In this document: positions 19,334 to 36,158 of the stretch, piece by piece
Numbering within the stretch: the first letter of the stretch is position 1
How the letters are laid out: each line of letters starts with the position of its first letter
Assembly (NCBI GenBank): GCA_037447605.1
Contig: CM074813.1
Span: 620,001-684,000 of the forward strand
From: Zygnema circumcarinatum SAG 698-1b
Taxonomy: Eukaryota > Plantae > Zygnematophyceae
Reading direction: 5' to 3'
Length of the DNA: 64,000 bases
Notes under the pieces: generated by a model
The model's database searches: none
The model's input: the letters and a program-made list of their open reading frames with translations, nothing else
What the model was told of the DNA's origin: nothing
Program-made: the position numbers and the translations under genes

Positions 19334-19466
19334 GGGGGTGTCAGACTTAAAAATTGTTCGTAAGTTTGAGACCAGAACGAGTACTTCGGTGACATCGCAA
19401 TCCTGGTGCGGCGGAGTACTTACAAAACTTTTTTGTTCGTAAGATTTCGTTAAGTCTGACACCCCC
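19334..19466. mobile_element. 133-bp MITE-like non-autonomous element with perfect 17-bp terminal inverted repeats and TA flanks
   Basis: Left end TA|GGGGGTGTCAGACTTAA (19334-19350); right end TTAAGTCTGACACCCCC|TA (19450-19466). No coding capacity. Internal repeats TTGTTCGTAAG x2 and GAGTACTT x2. Confidence 0.75.
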
Positions 19467-20076
19467 TAGTGGAGGGAGGACAGCCGCAGGGAGGGGAGGG
19501 AGGGGCGGAACCCACAGTACCGTACGCAGAAGAAAGAAGTGATGACGTCACGTGGTTGCAAACTATGACGCCATCCGCCTGACGTTTGATTCCTCAGTTT
19601 GTACGGATGCACGAAACTTGTCGGTGTGACGGTCTTGAGTAACGGGAAGTGCCACGTGGCAGGAGGAGGGAAGGTCGTTTACCACGTGGCACGCGCTGGT
19701 TCGAAATTGACTGAGTCGGTCGCCTCTGATTGGCGGACGAAACCGCGATCTTGGGACTTTGGGGACTTTGAAGGACTTTGAAGGACTTTTACCGGACTTT
19801 GAGCATGTGTACGGGGGGCGTTAAACAGTGACTGTAACAGGACGGTTTGGACGGGAGCATAGAACGGTTCAATTGCAGCTGCTATTTGTATTTGGCGTCG
19901 CGCGCTTTTTTGGGCGGGATAGGGGGAGGGAAATGGGGAGGGAAAGGAAGAGGGAGAGTGAGGGGGGGAGAGAGGGGGGGAGAGGGGGGGAGAGAGTGGG
20001 AGAGGGTGAGGGTGAGGCAGAGGGAGTGGAAGGGTGAAAAGGGAGGTGGGGAGGGAGAGGGAGAGGGGGAGGGATA

Positions 20077-23000
20077 GTGCAGATGGAAGCAAGGAGAAGA
20101 GACGAGGGAGGGGAGAAGGCGGAGAGCGGGAGAGGACAGAGAGAGGAAGGTGGTGAGGTGGATAAGGAGTGGGAGCTCCTCGGGGAGAGAGAGAGAGGTG
20201 CAGGAGACAAAGAGAGAGGAATGGGTAGAGAGAGGGAGACAGTGATGGAGGGGCGGGTGGGAGCGGGAGGGGGAGTGGGGTGGAGAGAGATGGAGAGAGA
20301 GAGAGAGACGGAAAGTGGGAGCGAAATTGAAGCAGTCAGACAGGGTGAGGGCGAGGAAATGGGAGAAGGAGAGGGTGGAACAGAGGAAGACGGAGGAAAT
20401 GTGAGAGAGGCAAGCGGAGGGGTAGAAGGAGGCGGAGAGACAGTGGGCGGTGAAGAGGGAGGAGGGGGAGAGAGAGTGGGCGGTGAAGAGGAAAGAGGGG
20501 GAGAGAGAGTGGGCGGTGAAGAGGGAGGAGGAGGGAGAGAGAGTGGGCGGTGAAGAGGGAAGGAGGGAGAGGGGGTGAAGAGGAAGGAGGAGGCGGAGAG
20601 ACAGTGGGCGGTGAAGAGGGAGGAGGAGGGGGAGAGAGAGTGGGCGGTGAAGAGGGAGGAGGGGGAGAGAGAGTGGGCGGTGAAGAGGAAAGAGGGGGAG
20701 AGAGAGTGGGCGGTGAAGAGGGAGGAGGAGGGGGAGAGAGAGTGGGCGGTGAAGAGGGAGGAGGGGGAGAGAGAGTGGGCGGTGAAGAGGAAGGAGGAGG
20801 GGGAGAGAGACTGGGCGGTGAATTGGGAGGTGGAGGGGGAGAGAGAGTGGGCGGTGAAGAGGGAGGAGGAGGGGGAGAGAGCGAGAGGGTGGAAGTGGGC
20901 AGGGAGAGCGGCCAAGCGGAGACAGCCACGTGGCACAAGCTCAGGGCCAAACGGAGCGAAGCCAGGCGGAGGCCGCGCATGGAGACGGCGGCGGATGTTC
21001 TGGCGGCCTCTCAGCGGCTGCTGCGGGGTGGGGGGGAGAGGGAGGGAGGGAGGCAGAGAGGGATGGAGGGAGGGAGGGAGGAAGAGCGAGAGAGAGAGGG
21101 AGGGATGGAGGGAGGGAGAGAGGGAGAGAGGGAGAGAGGGAGGGAGGGAGGGAGGGAGGGAGAGGGAGAGAGGGAGAGAGGGAGAGAGAGGGAGAGAGGG
21201 AGAGAGGCGGAGAGGGAGAGAGGGAGAGAGGGAGGGAGGGAGAGAGAGAGAGGGAGGGAGGGAGAGAGGGAGGGAGAGAGGGAGGAGGGGGGAGGGAGAG
21301 AGGGAGGAGAGAGGGAGGGAGGGAGGGAGGGACGGAGAGGAGGGATGGAGGGAGAGGGAGGGAGGGAGGGACGGAGAGGAGGGATGGAGGGAGAGGGAGG
21401 GAGGGAGAGAGGGAGTGAGAGAGGGAGGGAGAGAGGGAGGGAGGAGAGAGGGAGAGAGAGAGAGGGAGAGGGAGGGAGGGAGGAGGAGGGGAGAGAGAGG
21501 GAGAGAGGGAGAGAGAGAGGGAGGAGGGAGGGAGAGAGGGAGGAGAGAGGGAGAGAGAGGGAGAGGGAGGGAGAGGGAGAGAGAGAGGGAGGAGGGAGGG
21601 AGATATAGGCGGAGTGGGGAGGGAGGGGAGTGGGAGGCAGGGAGAGAGGGAGGAAGAGAGCGGAGATTTTAGAGAGAGATGCAGAGGAAAGGAAAGGGAG
21701 AGGAAGGGAGTGGTTGGAAGGGAGAATGGTGGAGTGGGAATGAGAGGAGGGTTTGAGAGGGAGGGGAGGTGGGTGGGAGGGAGGGAGAGAGAGAGGGAGA
21801 GAGGCAGAAAAATGGCCAGCTGTTTTACTTTTCATGGAGCGGAGCTCTATGTGAAAATATAGTTAAGAAGAAAATTGTATTTGTTAATGAGTGTGTGAAA
21901 GTGTTCAGTTTTTTTTTTTTTCAAACGTAGTGAATGAGTGGTTGTTCTTTATTCATTTTTTTTCAATATTTATTTGTCTTTGTTTTAATGTTTGTCGCAG
22001 AGACGAAGAATGTTTCCTTTCCTGTACCGTCCGTCAAGCCGGTTTCAATTTCAAATATTTTGGAAAAACTTCGGCAGCAAAAAAAACAGTGGGGCCTAGA
22101 CAAGTAATTATTTTGTTTAATCCTCTCCTAATCCTGCCTGTCACCATGAAATTATTATTCAAATTCGGAGCCGTCTTGATCATCTCCTCAAGCTTACAAT
22201 ATTAAAAAAGAGAGGGATTTCGGACGAAAAAATTAATTCGTGGGAAATGAAAAACTCCATGCCCTTATTCAACTCATTCTGAACCTTAAAATATTGAATT
22301 CCTGCCTTTGGTTTTGAACCCTAAACACTGTAACATGGAATAACAATTCATGCAATGTTCGCTCCCCTTTTTCTTATAACGATTGGTAGATGCATGCCTG
22401 CTTAACCCCTTTCTTTCATTGCAGGCCCGCCACGAATGTCACGAAAAAGGAGGAAGAAAAAAAGTTCGTCGGTGGAGTCGATATTGAAAAAATTTTACAC
22501 TCGTGTGTGGACATTGACGACGGTTCTGACGACGATTTGATAATTTTGGACAAAAATGATTCCTCGGATATACGGCCGGAAACGTTGATGAATGATGAGA
22601 AAGGATCAGCGGTAAGAGAATAATGTTTCAATGACTGCGGGATTCTTATAAGGTTTTAAATGTGTCTAGATTTTTCTGGGTATTTAACTTTTAGCGATCT
22701 TAGGATTATGGGGTGATTTAGGCTATGTGTAATAATTGTCAAAATCGGTATGGGATCCCTTCCTGTCTGCATCTTCCCTCCTCTCTCTCCTCTCTACCCT
22801 CCCCTCTGTACTTTCCCCTCCCTCTCCCTCCTCTCCCCTCCCTCCCTCCCTCCCTCCCTCCCTCCCTCCCTTGCACTCCCCTCCTCTGCCCTCCCTCACT
22901 CCCGCTCTCCTCCCTCGTCCCCCCTGCCTACTTCTTTCCTCCCACTCTTCTCTCTTCTCTCCCCTCCCTCCTCTCCCCTCGCATTCTCCATCCCTTCCAC

Positions 23001-26000
23001 TCCCCTCCCTCCCCTCCCTTCCTCCCTTCCACACCCCTCCCTCTTCTGCCCTTCCTCACTTCCTCCCGCTCCCCCCCCTCCTCCCCTCTCTACCTCTACT
23101 TCCCTCTCCTTTCTCCTCTTCCCACTATACTCTTCCCTCCATCGCCCCTCCCTCCATCCCTCTCCCTCCCTCCCTCCCACTCACCTTCCTCCTCTCGCCC
23201 TCCCCCCTCCCCACTTTTCCTCCCTCTCCTCTATCTCCTCTCCCCTCCTATCCCCTCACGCACCTCTCCTATCTCCACTCTCCTCTCCCGAAAGCATATC
23301 TCTCTCTCTCTCTCTCACCAGTATAATTGCCTACGTTTCTCCAAAACTAGAAGCCAAGTAACGTGTGATTCAACATACATGATTCTATTCATCATTTCCC
23401 AAATTTCTTTTCCTCTTTGTTAATTTACATACTTCCCAGTTCATTGCTCTGATTGTGCGAGTTCAGGAAGAAGGAAGGGAGCAGGACACAAACACAGCCA
23501 TAAAAATGCCTCTCGAGGATACGCAGGTTTGTGCCCTAACTAACGATCTATATAGCGATTCCGTTACAGTTTTCGCTTGTATAACGGTGGGCTGTCGCCG
23601 ATTTCGCCAATTTGGTCTTTTATATAAGCAAAAACTCACTCCAAAATCTAAACTCAGTGTACTGACTTTCTCTTTTTGCATTTTGGTGCGTGGAATGCAG
23701 GACCTGCTGGACATGGCAGACGGAATGGAGACCGAAAGCGTTGAAAATTTTGGAGACTTAACGGAATTAGCAGCAGAGAAACAGCCTCCGAGTGACGTGA
23801 CAAAGGAAGCGGAAATGAGCCTTAGGCTGGAGGAGACGGAGTCGCAGGAGGAGGAGGCTTCAAAAAATACACTCAATATGAAAATGTGAGGCTTAAATGA
23901 GCTTTCCTTAAATTTTTTTACTTCATTTTTTCATTCTGAAGCTTCCATCATACTCTCCTCATTTTGGAAAAGGACGAGTGTTACATATGCAGTGCGATTT
24001 AGCATGTTCATGACAACATTCGGAACAGGGTAATTCTTAAGGTCTGAAACCATACGGTATGCCGATTTTGCTCCAAGTTGATCATTCGTTTTAAAAGTAA
24101 ACAAGTAAAATAATGAAATATATATTGAGAGTAGAGTGAGGAGGAGGGGTGCAGGCAGAGGAGAGAGCCAGTGGGTGCACAGAAGCTGGTGGATGATGAA
24201 GCAGAGGTGGATGATGATGTTGAAGATGACGATGAAGATGAGGATGAAGGTGAGGATGACGATGAAGATGTGAAATTTCATCATGTGGTGGAAGAAAATG
24301 GAAACAACGAAAGAGAGGGAGACGAAGAAAGGAAAGAGCTTCATCGAGAGTGGCTGGAGGAGCAGGATGAAGACATGGAAAATGAGCTTATGCATAGGGT
24401 GCAAATGGGGTGGAAGAAGAGAGGGATTAGCGGTAGTAGTAGTGGGGCTCAACGGAGGAAGGCGCTTCCTGGACTTTTGGAAGAGAGAGCGGAGAGGGAG
24501 GAGAGGGAAATAGGGGGTGAAGTGTTAATAGATGGGAGGGAGGGGAGGAAGGGGAGGGAGGAGGAGGAGAGGGGAGGTGAGGAGAGTTCAGAGAGGAGCA
24601 AGAACGAGGAAGAGGCGAAGAGGAATGGGAGTTTGTGGAGGGGTTGTGAGGATGAGTGTTTGAGAGAGGAGAGCGAAGTGGAAGAAGAGGGAGAGGAGGA
24701 AGAGGTGGAAGTAGAGGACGATGATGAGTGGATGGAAGAAGAGAACAGACTGAAGGTTATGGAGCTGGTATGCTTCTCAACGTTGCAAAACTCTCTTGTT
24801 CTTTCCTCTCACTCTCCCACTCCCTCCCTCGTCCCCTCTCACCCGCCGTCCGTCTCTTGCCCACGCATTCTCCCCACATACCCCTCTCTCTCTCTCCCTT
24901 TATCTGTCTACTCCCCGTCCTTCCCCACCATTCTCTCTCCCCCCTCTCTCTCAATCACTCCTCCCGCCGCCTCCCCCTCATCTCTCTCTCTCCCACTCTC
25001 CCTCGCTCTCTCCTTCTCTCCCTCCCCCTCCCCCTCCCTCCCTCCGTCCCTCCCACTCACTCTCTCCCCCTCCCACCTCTCTCTTTTGTGGTCACTAATT
25101 TTTTTCTTCTCTTCTTTTGGACCTTTCCAGATGGCCAAGAAGGGGCGTCAGAAGCCCCTCCTCGACGAGAATTTTTGTACAGTTCCATTCCGGGTCAGAA
25201 AAGTAAATATTTTGTCAGCCAGTTCTAAGGTGGCAACAGCAGCAGGTACTTTAAAAATATATATTCTTTACCTTACTTTTTCTTTTCTTTTCGGTCATGT
25301 TTTCAGTTTCAATCTTTAGAAAACTTATCCTGTTTTTATTCTATATGTTGTATTCCCATTGACTTTCTTTTCCTCTTATATTTTTTATTTGTCTCTCCTT
25401 TCTATGCAGCGCCACCTCAGCATCAATTGTGGCAGAACCGGCTGACTTTGTCGAGTGCTACTTTCAAGGTTTGCTCCAAATCCATTTTTAACTTCCAGTT
25501 TCAAAAACTAAAAGTCAACACCTGTCAATATAAGTCAAAGGAAGTCAAGACAGGTCGATGAACACAAGTCAATACTAGTCAACGCAAGTCGATGCAAGTC
25601 AACACAAGTCAACACAAGTCAAGGTGAGTCCACCTGATTTTTCCCTCGCTTGGTTTCCCGCAGAGGGGTTCAGCGTCCTCCTCAAAAGCGGAGGCTCCGA
25701 CCTCCGCCGGTTCGTCCTTTGTGTTCAAATTTGAGGAAAGAAAGAACGGCGATTCCGCCGCCACCGACTCGCCCCTCTCCCAGGCAGAGCCCTAAAACCC
25801 TAAACCCTTGATCCCAAAAACCCTACAAACAGTGAAAGCACTAATACCGCGAAACCTTACAAAACAAGAAAACGTCATTCAAAAAAACTTATTCTTTCAT
25901 TCAATTTGAATGTTTTTTATTTTTATTTTTCTTTTTTGGTTACAGGAGGCTGTCGAGGATCAGCCGACTCTTGAGAGAAATAATAATAACAGGAAGAGGC

Positions 26001-26263
26001 CGACGGTGGGCGGATCCTCTGTCGGCCCAAAACGGTTCCATGCGAGCAGTTCTCCGTTGTCACAGTCCAACGGAACGGCAGAGCATGGAGACAGGTCTGG
26101 GTTGACCATGTTTGACCGTCTGAGGTCCACCTCTGCAATTTGCGGCAAAATGAAACTTTCTTTTGGGAGCAGTGAAGGGGCCGAAGGAGAGGAGGAATTT
26201 AGCAAGTTATGGAGTGAAAACGGGGCGGAGTTGTTCGCGAAAGCTTCAAATGTGAGACTTTGA
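20077..26263 (+). CDS. Acidic low-complexity protein resembling the conserved plant Claspin/Mrc1-like uncharacterised family; start codon uncertain
   Basis: Spliced segments AASQRLLR|ETKNVSFPVPSVKPVSISNILEKLRQQKKQ (exons end 21027 and start 22001), KLVDDEAEVDDD, and ERKELHREWLEEQDEDMENELMHRVQMGW. These resemble, from memory, a plant family with QRLLRE...KPISSVLEKIR, FIDEDAEE and NELHQKWLEQQD blocks. The last exon ends KASNVRL* at 26263. Confidence 0.65.
20430..20880 (+). repeat. Coding minisatellite, 12 units of 33-36 bp encoding ERVGGEEGGGG
   Basis: GGGCGGTGAA cores at 20445, 20478, 20511, 20545, 20606, 20642, 20675, 20708, 20744, 20777, 20813 and 20849. Confidence 0.9.
25513..25622. repeat. 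10-bp-period array of AGTCAA (W-box TTGACT on the minus strand) in an intron
   Basis: AGTCAA at 25513, 25533, 25543, 25567, 25577, 25597, 25607 and 25617, plus variants; consensus unit CAAGTCAACA. Confidence 0.85.
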
Positions 26264-26802
26264 AGAGGTTTAGGGTGTAGGGATAAGAGTTAAGGGTTTA
26301 GAGTTTAGGGTTTAGAGGTTAGGGTTCAAGGTTTAGGGATTAGAATTCGAGTTTAGCGCTTCATGTTTAAGGTTTAGGAAGATTAGCGATGTGTGGGCGC
26401 TTTAGGGTTCAAGGCAATTCATTGATGGAAAGAGCTTTGAAGGCGAACCCTAAATCTCTTGCAGCACCAAAAAGAGAGTCTTGTTCTGCAAACGGAAAAC
26501 TGTTTCTATGTTCCGTAAAAATTTTGCTTTCTGTGCTCAAAAAGATTGCCATTTTTTGCAGCCATTGAATGATCCAATCGATTTCTTGTCAAAATTTGTG
26601 ATTGTGCGTACAATACTAAACCCCCTTCTCTCTCCCCCTATCACTCTCTCTCACTGTCTCTCGCTCGCTCTCTCTCTCTCTCTCCGCGCTCTCTCCCCGC
26701 CTCCCTCTCCCTGCCTCTCTCTCACTCCCCCGCCTCTGCACCTCTCTCTCTCTCTCTCTCCCACTCTAATAAAGTCGCCACCACGGTTTCGATTTGATGA
26801 AG

Positions 26803-29471
26803 TTAAGTCAATTTTTGGTCCCTCCAGCGCTTCACATGCTCCAAATTCAAATTGTACTTTTCACATATTGAGGCCAAAACTTCATCGCTAAGTGACTCCG
26901 TTCCATGCTCCGACGCAGTTACAAGTTTCTCCAAAGTCTGTGACGGTGTCAAGATCTGCATAGAACATCATAGAACAGACAGGTCCCAACTGAGCGAGGT
27001 TGCATGGAACTGCAAATTCAAACCAGCCTTCAAACAGTATTCTGATTGTTTTAGTCATTTTATAATCTTTATATTTTTTCTTTTCAATCTTTCTTTTGTG
27101 AAGGTTTTGAGATTTTTTAAATAGGCTTTTTTCGAGTTTTTAGGGTTTTCTGACCAGAGGCAGTTCTGCAACTCCCCCGTGGTTGGTTAAGCTGCGCTGC
27201 TTAACATTTGGAGTCGTGACAAGACGGAGCAGAGTCTCACTCCCCTGCACCGAACCACACTCACTTTCTTAATCTTCCAAAACCCTAAAATTACAAAACC
27301 CTAAAATTACAAAACCCTAAATGCATAGGTTTCTTATGATGTTGAAATCATAAAACTCTGTAACCAAGTATAAAAAAAAACAATGAAAAAAAAATTGAAA
27401 GATTTTTACTCACTCGCAGAGCGCTCCAATGGGCATGGGTGCGGAAAAGGTTCCAAAAAAAGGGGAGATTCGGAACCGGTAAAATCTGCAACCATTTTTT
27501 TTTTTTTTTTGAGTTTCTAACCAAAGAGAAGTATTGGCAAAGGCTTTTAAGGATTTAAGGATTTCTCAAAATTCTGGACAGACGCTCGGGACTCAAATGC
27601 CATTTTAGGGTAAGAATGTAATAAAGCAAAAGTACTTGAACCAATTTCTGACTCTAACATCGTTTTTTCCATCTTTACGTTGTCTAAGTTTTGCCGTTAG
27701 CACGAAAATTTTGCGAGAATCATTTACTTAAAAACTTCATTTTTTTTCATAAGTTGGTGAGAAAAGTTCATACCCCGAGAAGGGAAGTGAAGGGAAGAAG
27801 CGCTGCAGACGCATAGTACTTGTTTTTATGAAATTTACTGCCTCTGGAAAGTCAAGGCAGAAGAAAAATAAACTAAATATGAAAAACCAAAAGAATAAGC
27901 AGAGCAGCATCACATGGAAACAGTAGCTTGGATTTCGTCCCATGAGAATCTTCAAACTTTTAGGGTTTTAAAAACATTCAGGGTTTTGTATTTTTTAGGG
28001 TTTTGAGGCCTACCCAATAGCAATGTGGCGAACTCGTCGACGCACGAGTTGTGGATTCAAACTGTAAAGGTTTTAAATCAAACAAGAAATTTTCCTTCTA
28101 GAATTAGGGTTGCATTTAGGGTTTGAGAAAAACCCAAGTTTTCTGCATGTCAATGGTTTACAAATCATTTGAAAAAAAATCGAAATAGCTACAAATTTTA
28201 AGAATCCACAGCCCAAAATGAACGTATTTAGAGCCTTACAGCGTCAGAAACCCCAGCAAATCTAACTCTTCTGACAAACCCTCTAAACCCTAAACCTTAA
28301 CCCTAAACCTACACCCTATTCCCTAACCCTAAATTCAAACCCTAACCCTAAACCCTAACCCTAAACCCTAAATTCAAACCCTAACCCTAAACCCTAAAGC
28401 CGAAACCCCGCCAAAAGCCAGTAGAGAAGTGATTGTACGGAGCCCACCTGAAAGGATAAACAATCTCAACAGTGGAGGTCGTTTTTGGAATATTTTTCAA
28501 AAAAGTTTCAGAGGGCGTAATCCTTGAAAGCAGTGTCAACCCTGCACTGGCAAGCATAGCCCCGAACGATAAACCCTAAAAATGAGATATCTCATTTAGG
28601 TCATGATTCAAAATCACTTGAGTGCGGATACTTAAAAGCGAAAATGGGAGGAAAAAATCTATCTATATACATCTAAAATGCCCCTACAGTCTCTCACTGA
28701 AAAAAAAAAACAAAAACATTCTGTAGATAATTGGGGGGGGGGGGAAGAGGAGCATGAGTGAGGATGACCTACTTATAGATCCGTTTCCGGATACTTTTCT
28801 CCGGGGCGGCACCGAGCTTTGTCCACTGATCATGCATCTGAAGGGGGGAAAAAAAGGGGGAGGGGTAAACGGTGCATATAAATAGAGTTCCCGTTCATTC
28901 ATATCAAATCTAAACAGTACAAATCCTGCTCTTTTCACGTATAAATATACATATCTACATGATTCTGTCTGATGATGAACAGACGCGAAACGCGACCTTT
29001 TTTTTTAAATATAAACACATCCATGAACTCCAAAATGTTTTGATCTCCACCCCAAACCTTCACTGCCAAATCCTGCGCAGAACTCCACATCTTAGGGCAA
29101 AAATCATCATAACTCCGCCCACAAGCCACAAAACCCGGCGATCTTCCCCTCATTAGAACCCTCTTAAAAAGACCTATCTAACGAGCTACAACACTCCCCC
29201 ACTTAGTCAAAAACGCATGACGAGAAACTGGATCATGAACAGACAAATCGAGATCATGGCGCAGTACCTGCTGCGCCGTGTACTCCACTGCGAGCTCCGC
29301 CTTCGCCCCGGCGCTCTTCTGCTCGCTCACTGCGCGCCAGAGCTCGCGCAGAGAGGAGGCGGCGGCCGGAGTGGTCAAATGCACTCCCTGCGGCTCCGAA
29401 TGGAAGGCCCAAACGCGCCCTCGCACAGGGAAAACCACCACTCGAACAATGGCCGCCAGAGCTGCCGCCAT
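26803..29471 (-). CDS. Mitochondrial K+/H+ exchange-related (Mit_KHE1) family protein, 8 exons
   Basis: Assembled protein MAAALAAIVRVVVFPVRGRVWAF...|MHDQWTKLGAAPEKSIRKRIY|NAGLTLLSRITPSETFLKNIP...VEIVYPF|SLNPQLVRRRVRHIAIG|GSKFHKNKYYASAALLPFTSLLG|ILPVPNLPFFWNLFRTHAHWSALR|GSETLLRLV...|ILTPSQTLEKL...ICEKYNLNLEHVKRWRDQKLT*. All junctions are GT-AG and in phase; the LPxPNxPFFW motif is typical of the family. Confidence 0.85.
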
Positions 29472-31688
29472 ATTTTTAAGATTAAAAAAAAAGCACCTTA
29501 AACCCTAAACTCTAAATACTATAACCCAAAAAAAAATTATGTCTTTCTTCTTTTTTAGTTCTTCCTCCCAGATCCGCTATTGGAAAGTCTTCCTCCGCCA
29601 GTTTCCAAAACCCTAAACCCTAAAGTCTTACGATGGGGTCTTAAACCCTTTACCTCTTGAACTCCTTACTTATACCCTAAGTCCTTAAACCCTAAACCCT
29701 ANNNNNNNNNNAATCATTTACTTAAAAACTTCATTTTTTTTCATAAGTTGGTGAGAAAAGTTCATACCCCGAGAAGGGAAGTGAAGGGAAGAAGCGCTGC
29801 AGACGCATAGTACTTGTTTTTATGAAATTTACTGCCTCTGGAAAGTCAAGGCAGAAGAAAAATAAACTAAATATGAAAAACCAAAAGAATAAGCAGAGCA
29901 GCATCACATGGAAACAGTAGCTTGGATTTCGTCCCATGAGAATCTTCAAACTTTTAGGGTTTTAAAAACATTCAGGGTTTTGTATTTTTTAGGGTTTTGA
30001 GGCCTACCCAATAGCAATGTGGCGAACTCGTCGACGCACGAGTTGTGGATTCAAACTGTAAAGGTTTTAAATCAAACAAGAAATTTTCCTTCTAGAATTA
30101 GGGTTGCATTTAGGGTTTGAGAAAAACCCAAGTTTTCTGCATGTCAATGGTTTACAAATCATTTGAAAAAAAATCGAAATAGCTACAAATTTTAAGAATC
30201 CACAGCCCAAAATGAACGTATTTAGAGCCTTACAGCGTCAGAAACCCCAGCAAATCTAACTCTTCTGACAAACCCTCTAAACCCTAAACCTTAACCCTAA
30301 ACCTACACCCTATTCCCTAACCCTAAATTCAAACCCTAACCCTAAACCCTAACCCTAAATTCAAACCCTAACCCTAAACCCTAAAGCCGAAACCCCGCCA
30401 AAAGCCAGTAGAGAAGTGATTGTACGGAGCCCACCTGAAAGGATAAACAATCTCAACAGTGGAGGTCGTTTTTGGAATATTTTTCAAAAAAGTTTCAGAG
30501 GGCGTAATCCTTGAAAGCAGTGTCAACCCTGCACTGGCAAGCATAGCCCCGAACGATAAACCCTAAAAATGAGATATCTCATTTAGGTCATGATTCAAAA
30601 TCACTTGAGTGCGGATACTTAAAAGCGAAAATGGGAGGAAAAAATCTATCTATATACATCTAAAATGCCCCTACAGTCTCTCACTGAAAAAAAAAAACAA
30701 AAACATTCTGTAGATAATTGGGGGGGGGGGGAAGAGGAGCATGAGTGAGGATGACCTACTTATAGATCCGTTTCCGGATACTTTTCTCCGGGGCGGCACC
30801 GAGCTTTGTCCACTGATCATGCATCTGAAGGGGGGAAAAAAAGGGGGAGGGGTAAACGGTGCATATAAATAGAGTTCCCGTTCATTCATATCAAATCTAA
30901 ACAGTACAAATCCTGCTCTTTTCACGTATAAATATACATATCTACATGATTCTGTCTGATGATGAACAGACGCGAAACGCGACCTTTTTTTTTAAATATA
31001 AACACATCCATGAACTCCAAAATGTTTTGATCTCCACCCCAAACCTTCACTGCCAAATCCTGCGCAGAACTCCACATCTTAGGGCAAAAATCATCATAAC
31101 TCCGCCCACAAGCCACAAAACCCGGCGATCTTCCCCTCATTAGAACCCTCTTAAAAAGACCTATCTAACGAGCTACAACACTCCCCCACTTAGTCAAAAA
31201 CGCATGACGAGAAACTGGATCATGAACAGACAAATCGAGATCATGGCGCAGTACCTGCTGCGCCGTGTACTCCACTGCGAGCTCCGCCTTCGCCCCGGCG
31301 CTCTTCTGCTCGCTCACTGCGCGCCAGAGCTCGCGCAGAGAGGAGGCGGCGGCCGGAGTGGTCAAATGCACTCCCTGCGGCTCCGAATGGAAGGCCCAAA
31401 CGCGCCCTCGCACAGGGAAAACCACCACTCGAACAATGGCCGCCAGAGCTGCCGCCATATTTTTAAGATTAAAAAAAAAGCACCTTAAACCCTAAACTCT
31501 AAATACTATAACCCAAAAAAAAATTATGTCTTTCTTCTTTTTTAGTTCTTCCTCCCAGATCCGCTATTGGAAAGTCTTCCTCCGCCAGTTTCCAAAACCC
31601 TAAACCCTAAAGTCTTACGATGGGGTCTTAAACCCTTTACCTCTTGAACTCCTTACTTATACCCTAAGTCCTTAAACCCTAAACCCTA
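27718..31688. repeat. Near-identical ~1.98-kb direct repeat (27718-29701 and 29712-31688) flanking a 10-N gap; probable assembly overlap
   Basis: Identical ORFs at offsets 1994 then 1987. The only difference seen is one 7-bp telomere-like unit. Confidence 0.9.
29775..31458 (-). other. Second copy of Mit_KHE1 exons 1-5 inside the duplicated block, probably not a separate gene
   Basis: Sequence matches 27781-29471; the copy is truncated at the N gap. Confidence 0.7.
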
Positions 31689-31935
31689 AACCCTAAAAAG
31701 CCCTGAAGGTCGAAAGTGTTCTGAACCCCCTCCGTTCACTTTCGGGCGCGAAGCACTGTTTCGAAAAACCGCCTCGATCGCGGTTTTTCGCGAGAAACCA
31801 CGCGGAACCAGCGGGAAAAATTAGGGTTCAGAGCAGGGCGAGCAGGATAGAAGTAGGGTTAGGGTTTAGGGTTTAGCGCTCTGCGGGGGCGGCCGAGAGG
31901 GCGAGAGGGATTTGGGTTTTAAGGTTTATTGCAAA

Positions 31936-36158
<4,223 letters not shown>

